Below are positions 35,738 through 41,517 of a stretch of 41,517 nt of DNA, piece by piece (the first letter of the stretch is position 1; the number at the start of each line of letters is the position of its first letter). The position numbers and the translations under genes were made by a program. Location of the stretch: assembly GCA_023659775.1 (NCBI GenBank), contig JAGXOS010000001.1:1-41517 (forward strand), in the 5' to 3' direction. The DNA comes from Methanomicrobia archaeon LH_S14 (GTDB lineage Archaea > Halobacteriota > Syntropharchaeia > Alkanophagales > Methanospirareceae). The notes beneath the pieces were generated by a model. It ran no database searches. It was not told where the DNA came from and saw only the letters and a program-made list of their open reading frames with translations.

Positions 35738-36667
35738 ATGAAAAAAGGAGCAGATTACGATTTAATTGTTGTTGGAGCGGGTCCTGCCGGGATGACCGCT
35801 GGGATGTATGGTGTGAGAAGCGGATTGGAAACATTAGTGGTTGAGAAAGGAATATGCGGCGGATTATCAAATGAGGCGCCAGAGATAGAGAACTACCCGG
35901 GATTCAAGAAGGTGGGAGGAATGGAACTGGCGGAAAAGATGAAAGAGCAAGCCTCGGAATACGTGGAGATAAAAGAGCTGGAAGCAGTTAAAAGAATAGA
36001 GCTTATGGAGAAAGAGATGAGGGTATTCACGGAAAAAGGTTCTTATCTCACAAATGCGGTGGTAATAAGCACGGGAACTAAACACAGGAGATTAGGCGTG
36101 AAAGGGGAAGAAGGATTTCTTGGAAGAGGCATATCTTATTGTGCTACCTGTGATGGTTTCTTCTTCAGAGATAAGCCCGTAATAGTGGTAGGAGGAGGGG
36201 ACTCAGCAGTTAGAGAAGCCCTGTATTTGAGAAATATCGGCTGCGAGGTGACGCTGATTCACAGAAGGGGGGAACTCAGAGCAGAGCGGTATTTACAAAA
36301 GAATCTGGAAGAGACAGGTGTGCATATTCTGTGGAATTCAGTGGTGAAAGAGATAAAGGGGGATAAAGCGGTGAGGGGCGTTGTCAGATATGATAAAAAG
36401 AAAGAGATTGAGGATGAGCTCCCGGTAGAAGGTGTGTTTGTATCTATTGGTGAAGAGCCAGTCAATGAATTAGCCGTGCAAATGGGAATTATGATGGATA
36501 AAAACGGATACATAATCGTAGATAAAAGTCAGAGGACGAACCTCGAGCGAGTATACGCCGCAGGGGACATAACTGGAGGAGTAAGACAAGTAGTGGTGGC
36601 ATGTGCGGAAGGCGCAATCGCTGCTACCGCTGCATATAATGATTTATTGGAGTTTAGCGTGAAATGA
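35738..36667 (+). CDS. trxB: Thioredoxin reductase
   Basis: DLIVVGAGPAGMTAG, redox motif CATCDG, second dinucleotide fold VVGGGDSA. Confidence 0.9.
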   Translation: MKKGADYDLIVVGAGPAGMTAGMYGVRSGLETLVVEKGICGGLSNEAPEIENYPGFKKVGGMELAEKMKEQASEYVEIKELEAVKRIELMEKEMRVFTEKGSYLTNAVVISTGTKHRRLGVKGEEGFLGRGISYCATCDGFFFRDKPVIVVGGGDSAVREALYLRNIGCEVTLIHRRGELRAERYLQKNLEETGVHILWNSVVKEIKGDKAVRGVVRYDKKKEIEDELPVEGVFVSIGEEPVNELAVQMGIMMDKNGYIIVDKSQRTNLERVYAAGDITGGVRQVVVACAEGAIAATAAYNDLLEFSVK

Positions 36668-37332
36668 GGGAGATAGGGATTGACGAGGCGGGAAAAGGTC
36701 CGGTAATAGGGTCAATGTTTGTTGCCGGGGTTTTGAATTTTGATGGGCTGGAAGAGATGGGTGTGCGGGATTCGAAGCGATTAAGCCCCTCGAGGAGAGA
36801 ATATCTGGCGAACCTTATAGAAGAAGCGACTGAGGTTCATGTCGTGGAGATGACCGCAAGCGAGATAGACGAGGGTAGAAAGAGGCATACTTTAAATGAA
36901 ATCATGGTCGAACTTTTTTCAGCAGTGATTATGCATTTTCAGCCGGATAGAGCTTTTGTGGATGCGGCGGATGTAAAAACAGAGCGGTTCGCTGCTAATC
37001 TCAGGTCGAACTACGAAATGGAAAGGGAGGAGGGAGAAAAAGAAATTGAACTAATTTCTGAATCTAAAGCGGATGAACGCTACCCGGTGGTCAGTGCAGC
37101 ATCCATAGTTGCAAAAGTGCATCGGGATAGGTCAGTAAGGCAGCTCGAGGCGGAGATAGGAGTAGAGATAGGAAGTGGGTATCCTGCGGACCCGAAAACC
37201 ATCCAATTCCTGAAAGCGCTGCTAAAAGAAAAAGAACAGGAAAACATTCCAGCCTATGTGAGGCGCTCTTGGAAAACTGTCGAAAGAAATCTTTCTTCAA
37301 TAAACTCTTCTTTTGTAAAGCAAAGTCTCTAA
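36664..37332 (+). CDS. rnhB: Ribonuclease HII
   Basis: IGIDEAGKGPVIG, DSKRLSP, and ASIVAK near the C-terminus. ATGA overlap with trxB. Confidence 0.9.
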   Translation: MREIGIDEAGKGPVIGSMFVAGVLNFDGLEEMGVRDSKRLSPSRREYLANLIEEATEVHVVEMTASEIDEGRKRHTLNEIMVELFSAVIMHFQPDRAFVDAADVKTERFAANLRSNYEMEREEGEKEIELISESKADERYPVVSAASIVAKVHRDRSVRQLEAEIGVEIGSGYPADPKTIQFLKALLKEKEQENIPAYVRRSWKTVERNLSSINSSFVKQSL

Positions 37333-37368
37333 GGGGTAAGTTCATTCGTTTACATTGTTATATACTTA

Positions 37369-38343
37369 ATGTCAACAAATAAGCGAAAAATGGTAGCCCT
37401 GAAGAAGGATAATGAAGAGGGAGAGGATAAGAAGAAAGGGAAAGAAAAAGACAGTGCCGCTGGTTTACAGGATATAAAAGAATGCCCTGAGTGTGGCTCT
37501 AAGAGTTTGGTAAGAGACTATAATAAAGCGGAGATTTTTTGTGCCAATTGCGGGCTGGTGATAGCAGAGAACATCGTGGACCCTGGACCTGAGTGGCGTG
37601 CCTTCGACTCTGAACAGATGTCCAGGAGGGCGAGGGTCGGGGCACCGATGACTTATCGAATACATGATAAAGGACTGAGTACGATCGTCACGTGGGGTTC
37701 GCCGGGTCAAAGGCAATATAAGTTAAAGAAATGGCAACAGCGGACACATATTGCGAATACAACAGAAAGGAGCTTTATTTTCGCTCTTTCTGAGATAGAT
37801 CGGATGGCATGTGCGCTTAAACTACCGGTAAATATCAGGGAGGCGGCGTCTATGTTATATCGGAAGGCGATGAAGAAACATTTGATTCGCGGGCGAAGCA
37901 TAGAAGGTATAACTTCTGCATTCTTGTACATTACATGTAGACAGTATGGAGTGCCTCGAACACTGGAAGAGGTCAGAGAAATATCAAGAGTTGGACAAAA
38001 GGAAATAAGTCGAGCATATCGCTTTCTTTTACGTGAACTCGACTTGAAGGTTTCGCCTGCTTCTCCCATTGAGTTCGTGCCTCGTTTCTGCTCCATGCTC
38101 AATTTGAGTAGTGAGATAAGGGCACATGCAATAGAGATAATAAAGAAGGCGGCGGAAGCGGAACTAACTAACGGGCGAGGACCGATAGGGATAGCGGCTG
38201 CTGCTATTTACATCGCTGCGATTTTAAGCGGTGAGCATCGGACACAAAAGGAGGTATCGGATGTTACGGGTGTGACCGAGGTTACAATCCGGAACAGGTA
38301 TAAAGAATTATCAGAGCAGTTAGAGATAGATGTGCTTTTATAG
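37369..38343 (+). CDS. tfb: Transcription initiation factor IIB (TFB)
   Basis: Zinc ribbon CPECGS..FCANCG and two cyclin-like repeats. A K/E-rich N-terminal extension is present. ATG 37390 is an alternative, possibly leaderless start about 25 nt downstream of TTATATAC. Confidence 0.9.
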   Translation: MSTNKRKMVALKKDNEEGEDKKKGKEKDSAAGLQDIKECPECGSKSLVRDYNKAEIFCANCGLVIAENIVDPGPEWRAFDSEQMSRRARVGAPMTYRIHDKGLSTIVTWGSPGQRQYKLKKWQQRTHIANTTERSFIFALSEIDRMACALKLPVNIREAASMLYRKAMKKHLIRGRSIEGITSAFLYITCRQYGVPRTLEEVREISRVGQKEISRAYRFLLRELDLKVSPASPIEFVPRFCSMLNLSSEIRAHAIEIIKKAAEAELTNGRGPIGIAAAAIYIAAILSGEHRTQKEVSDVTGVTEVTIRNRYKELSEQLEIDVLL

Positions 38344-38610
38344 TGGTTTAGAAAGTCAGCGGTTTAGCGGTTTAGCGGGTTTAGAATTTATTTTGGAGTA
38401 GAAGGAGGACAGCATTTTTGAAAGTTCTTCTATTTTTGAAGATAGATTACTAAAGTTGTCTTCTTGAATAAAACCCAACTTATGTGCGATAATTCCTTAA
38501 AACTCTTCATCGTTAATCCTTCCTTTTCGGTAGATTATAAGTTTGTCTTTTTAGCAGCGTAGTCTTTCGGCTCTAAACCGCTAATCCACTAAGCCTCTAA
38601 ACCGCTTCTC
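38344..38610. repeat. Inverted arrays of GGTTTAGC-type repeats flanking about 180 nt between convergent tfb and the DUF99 gene
   Basis: Left array TGGTTTAGAAAGTCAGCGGTTTAGCGGTTTAGCGGGTTTAGAA (38344-38386). The right array 38571-38610 has reverse complement GAGAAGCGGTTTAGAGGCTTAGTGGATTAGCGGTTTAGAG. Confidence 0.7.
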
Positions 38611-39170
38611 AAGGCTGCCCTCGCTGCTATTTTCGCAACCCGTAATGGTTCGGGCACTTTTCCATGAGTGGTGAATTTTTTAAGCAGCACCGCAGCTTCG
38701 CTTTTTTCCATACCCCAAAACCGTATTAAAACATCGAAATTGTTATGCAATCTCACAGGAATACGATTTACAAGTCTCTTATACGCTTCTATCCGGTTAT
38801 CTCGCTCACGGGCTTCAAAATGCCTGGCTATGTGTCTCTCCAGGCCCTCAGATTCTTCGTAAGTCACACAGATGAGAGGAATCCCAAGCATTTCATACAC
38901 CTCCTTTATATCTACAATGTTAAACCAACTGATGACACATCCATTTAACATCATTACATTTATGTCAGCGCGTCGCAGCGATTCGAAGACGTGCAGCACT
39001 CCTTCTGTGGCGTCCATCCCCCCTACGGTTATCTTATCAAAAGCGACGCCGTCTATAATAAAATCGGAACGCATAACGATGCCAGCAAGCACTGATTTCT
39101 CATGGGCTCTCCTGAAGCTTTCTGCAATGCCGAGTACCCTTATCCCCTTTTTATTTACGTGTAAGGTCAT
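38589..39170 (-). CDS. UPF0215/DUF99 family protein (EndoV-like fold)
   Basis: 193 aa. The blocks IRVLGIAESF and VAFDKITVGGMDATE match the DUF99 pattern as I recall it. Confidence 0.7.
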   Translation of the reverse strand: MTLHVNKKGIRVLGIAESFRRAHEKSVLAGIVMRSDFIIDGVAFDKITVGGMDATEGVLHVFESLRRADINVMMLNGCVISWFNIVDIKEVYEMLGIPLICVTYEESEGLERHIARHFEARERDNRIEAYKRLVNRIPVRLHNNFDVLIRFWGMEKSEAAVLLKKFTTHGKVPEPLRVAKIAARAALRSGLEA

Positions 39171-39176
39171 ATAAAA

Positions 39177-39662
39177 TTATAGATACGATTTGCTCTCCCT
39201 CTCTTTTTGCTCTTTATATCTTCTTCTTGAAATTGGGTCACTGCTCATCCGCTCTATTTCCATATCTAACTTGTCGTCCAACTTCGCTTGCTTTTCTGAG
39301 ATATATTCCTTGCACAGTGTATAAGTGGAATCGGAAGAATATTGCTGAACGCCAGCCATTATAATCGCTAAATCCGGTTTTTTCTGTGGAGAAATCAAGC
39401 CAAACGGGACTGGCGCACCTATCCTCAGAAGCTTTTTTATCTCATCATCCATTTTCCCTACTTCCAAGCCAAATCCTATTGCCTCATTGCTCCCGGTCTG
39501 TTCCATCTTTAGCTGCCATATACGCTCAGGGCTGGAGATGAACATGTCATACCTACCTTTTGGATTCCTCCCGGTTAGTACTCTCCATTCTTCCTTATCT
39601 TTGCTTTTGTTCCACTTCTCTTTTAATATCCGCGTTATTTCAGCAGAAGACTTTGTTCCCAT
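39177..39662 (-). CDS. Hypothetical protein (161 aa)
   Basis: Clean ORF with proteome-like composition. No family recognised. Confidence 0.5.
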   Translation of the reverse strand: MGTKSSAEITRILKEKWNKSKDKEEWRVLTGRNPKGRYDMFISSPERIWQLKMEQTGSNEAIGFGLEVGKMDDEIKKLLRIGAPVPFGLISPQKKPDLAIIMAGVQQYSSDSTYTLCKEYISEKQAKLDDKLDMEIERMSSDPISRRRYKEQKERESKSYL

Positions 39663-39735
39663 TTCTTTTGTATTGCCTCCAAATGTATACTACCCATGTA
39701 TAAATAAGCATTACTAACATATAAAGCTGAACAAA

Positions 39736-39821
39736 CGCCAGGGTCAGGATTTGAACCTGAGCGTCCCTTACGGGACAGTGACTCTCGAGGCCACCGCATT
39801 TGTCCACTCTGCCACCCTGGC
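39736..39821 (-). tRNA. tRNA-Ser (anticodon CGA)
   Basis: Hand-folded. Acceptor GCCAGGG/CCCTGGC, anticodon stem GTGGC/GTCAC with loop CTCGAGA, long variable arm TCCC-GTAA-GGGA, T arm TCAGG-TTCAAAT-CCTGA. Confidence 0.85.
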
Positions 39822-39834
39822 ATCGTCACACTCT

Positions 39835-40434
39835 TTAAAAAAAGGGTTTCACAAGGAAAGCAATAAGCTGACCGAAATATATCAGAAGGGTGGACCGGAT
39901 AAAAGTGCCAATAACCACCGCAAGCCAGGTCATTAAAGGCGGCATTCCTATTAGCCTACCCACTACGGCGCCCACAACACCTCCTGCCGCGAATGGGAAT
40001 ATAACTAAAACGACAACACCTATAAACCCAAATCTCTTCGCCCATTTATATTTCCTTATTGCTTTTTCTCCACCTTCCTCTGCCCTTTCTACAAGTTTTC
40101 CTAAACCTGGTATTTTCTTTGCGTAATCGAAGTTCCAGACTAAAAACAAAGCAAGAACGGCATCAGTGAAAACAACAAAGGATATAAAAGATACTGGGGG
40201 AAGTGTTAACCCCGCAGGAATAGCAGCTACCGCACCACCAACAGGCATGAGTGAATAAGAAACAAACACCGCTGCATATTTTGCAGATACCTCTGGCTCA
40301 ACGAAGAACCAGAAGAATAGCAGTGTAGCGCCCGCGATGCAAAAAGGAATAACGAGTTTGGCTAAAGCTATTTTCTTCATCTGTATTACCATCTCCATCT
40401 TTTCCTTCACATCCATTTCCATTTCTTTTAGCAT
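39835..40434 (-). CDS. Polytopic membrane protein (possibly small multidrug export / COG2426-like)
   Basis: 199 aa with about 5 hydrophobic helices. The family call is tentative. Confidence 0.5.
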   Translation of the reverse strand: MLKEMEMDVKEKMEMVIQMKKIALAKLVIPFCIAGATLLFFWFFVEPEVSAKYAAVFVSYSLMPVGGAVAAIPAGLTLPPVSFISFVVFTDAVLALFLVWNFDYAKKIPGLGKLVERAEEGGEKAIRKYKWAKRFGFIGVVVLVIFPFAAGGVVGAVVGRLIGMPPLMTWLAVVIGTFIRSTLLIYFGQLIAFLVKPFF

Positions 40435-40451
40435 CGTGGTTTTTACCTTTG

Positions 40452-40464
40452 GTATATAAATAAG
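40452..40464 (+). promoter_or_regulatory. Candidate TATA box for the MBL-fold gene
   Basis: GTATATAAATAAG lies about 40 nt upstream of ATG 40499, with AAGGAG 7 nt before the ATG. Confidence 0.4.
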
Positions 40465-40498
40465 AAATTATCAGATATAAAATAAAAGGAGAAGAAGA

Positions 40499-41155
40499 AT
40501 GAAACTAAGAATTGTGTACGATAACGAGGCGAAGGGAGGGTTAGAGAGCGACTGGGGGTTTTCATGTCTGATCGAAGCAGAGAAAAAAATACTATTTGAC
40601 ACCGGGGCATCAGGCGAGATTTTATCGCATAACATGCAGTGGTTAGGGATAAGAAAAGAAGACATCGAAATTATTGCACTATCGCACGAGCACTGGGACC
40701 ACATTGGTGGTCTTGATGCTGTGTTACACCAAAATGTCGCTGTGTATATACCCAGTTCCTTCTCGATGGGGACGAAGAAAAGGATTGAAGAAAGTGCTGC
40801 GGAAGTATTAGAGGTATCAGGACCTGCGGATATTGTTTCTGGAGTTCATACAACAGGAGAGCTTGGGATAGGGATTAAGGAGCAGTCATTGGTTTTGGAA
40901 ACAAAGGGAAGCGAAGGTGTAATTGTTTTAACCGGATGTGCACATCCGGGTTTGGAAACCATTTTGGAGGCTGCAAAGGTTTTCGGTGAACTATACGGTG
41001 TGATAGGTGGTTTTCACGGGTTCGATAAGTTAGAATTATTGAAAGAATTGAAAATGATAGTACCCTGTCATTGCACCGTGCGTAAGGAAGAGATAATGAG
41101 GATGTATCAGGAAAAAGCGGTATGGTGTGGAGCTGGGGAAATAATAGAGATTTAG
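40499..41155 (+). CDS. MBL-fold metallo-hydrolase (MJ0301-like family)
   Basis: KLRIVYDNEA...FSCLIEAEKKILFDTG...ALSHEHWDHIGGL, which contains the HxHxDH zinc motif. Confidence 0.8.
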   Translation: MKLRIVYDNEAKGGLESDWGFSCLIEAEKKILFDTGASGEILSHNMQWLGIRKEDIEIIALSHEHWDHIGGLDAVLHQNVAVYIPSSFSMGTKKRIEESAAEVLEVSGPADIVSGVHTTGELGIGIKEQSLVLETKGSEGVIVLTGCAHPGLETILEAAKVFGELYGVIGGFHGFDKLELLKELKMIVPCHCTVRKEEIMRMYQEKAVWCGAGEIIEI

Positions 41156-41168
41156 TAAAAGTGATTTT

Positions 41169-41462
41169 TTACCTTCGGCTCCTCCTCCTTCCTCTTCTCA
41201 TTCTCCTCGCTCTTCTCATTTTCCTCATTTCTTCTTTTCTTTTACATTTATCGCATACGAAATATATCCTCGTTTCATCTTCAGTGCCGCAAACGCCCGC
41301 AGCTACATCATCTAATGTCACTTCTTTAATCTGTTCAACTATCTCATCCGATAAATCCTCTTTTCCACATTTAAAACACTTATACAGTGAACCGGTAACC
41401 TCAACACTGTCAAGGTCACCCAAAATATAGCTGAATTCTTCGAATTCTCCTGGTATCCTCAA
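41169..41462 (-). CDS. Small zinc-ribbon protein with an Arg-rich C-terminal tail
   Basis: Two CxxC pairs (CFKCG, CDKCK). The tail is KMRRARRMRRGRRRSRR. No family recognised. Confidence 0.45.
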   Translation of the reverse strand: MRIPGEFEEFSYILGDLDSVEVTGSLYKCFKCGKEDLSDEIVEQIKEVTLDDVAAGVCGTEDETRIYFVCDKCKRKEEMRKMRRARRMRRGRRRSRR

Positions 41463-41517
41463 GCCTTTGTAACTGTTACAGTTTAGCTACCTTTATATAG
41501 TCTTATGTATATCTAAT

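Noticed and set aside
39635-39829. 64-aa minus-strand ORF
   Set aside because: It completely covers tRNA-Ser (39736-39821), so it is spurious.

Overview
This window looks like a chromosomal segment of a euryarchaeon. The evidence is archaeal-type genes: Pelota, class I CCA-adding enzyme, TFB, RFC small subunit, ribosomal protein L21e, the AhbC/AhbD-like radical SAM pair and futalosine-pathway MqnD. I cannot assign it to a lineage from sequence alone. Most of the window is housekeeping and cofactor genes: mqnD, a UbiA prenyltransferase, two radical SAM/SPASM paralogs, gatC, cca, purC, hisB, moaA, trpA, trxB, rnhB, tfb, rpl21e and three tRNAs (Gln-CTG, Val-GAC, Ser-CGA). There is a chemotaxis operon (MCP-cheW-cheY-cheC-cheB-cheA) and a mannosylglycerate pair (mpgS-mpgP). 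No rRNA genes or CRISPR array are present. Main observations: (1) mpgS is broken by a perfect 183-nt tandem duplication whose junction carries a filler copied exactly from rnhB, 3 kb away on the opposite strand. (2) An AT-rich three-gene insert (two small proteins plus a winged-helix/FokI-like nuclease) splits the cofactor cluster. (3) A small DUF5678-like protein plus a retropepsin-like protease sits between cheB and cheA. (4) cheR survives only as an N-terminal stub on the opposite strand, next to an internally deleted IS66-type transposase and a GlcF/GlcD-like oxidoreductase cassette. (5) A G+C-rich islet carries a frameshifted HNH nuclease gene. (6) Two families of short repeats recur: a 33-nt inverted pair flanking hisB-rfc, and GGTTTAGC-type arrays that form long imperfect palindromes at convergent gene ends. 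(7) The RFC small-subunit homolog lacks the Walker B acidic residues. Several genes are disrupted. This could be real genome decay or assembly error, and I cannot tell which without reads.
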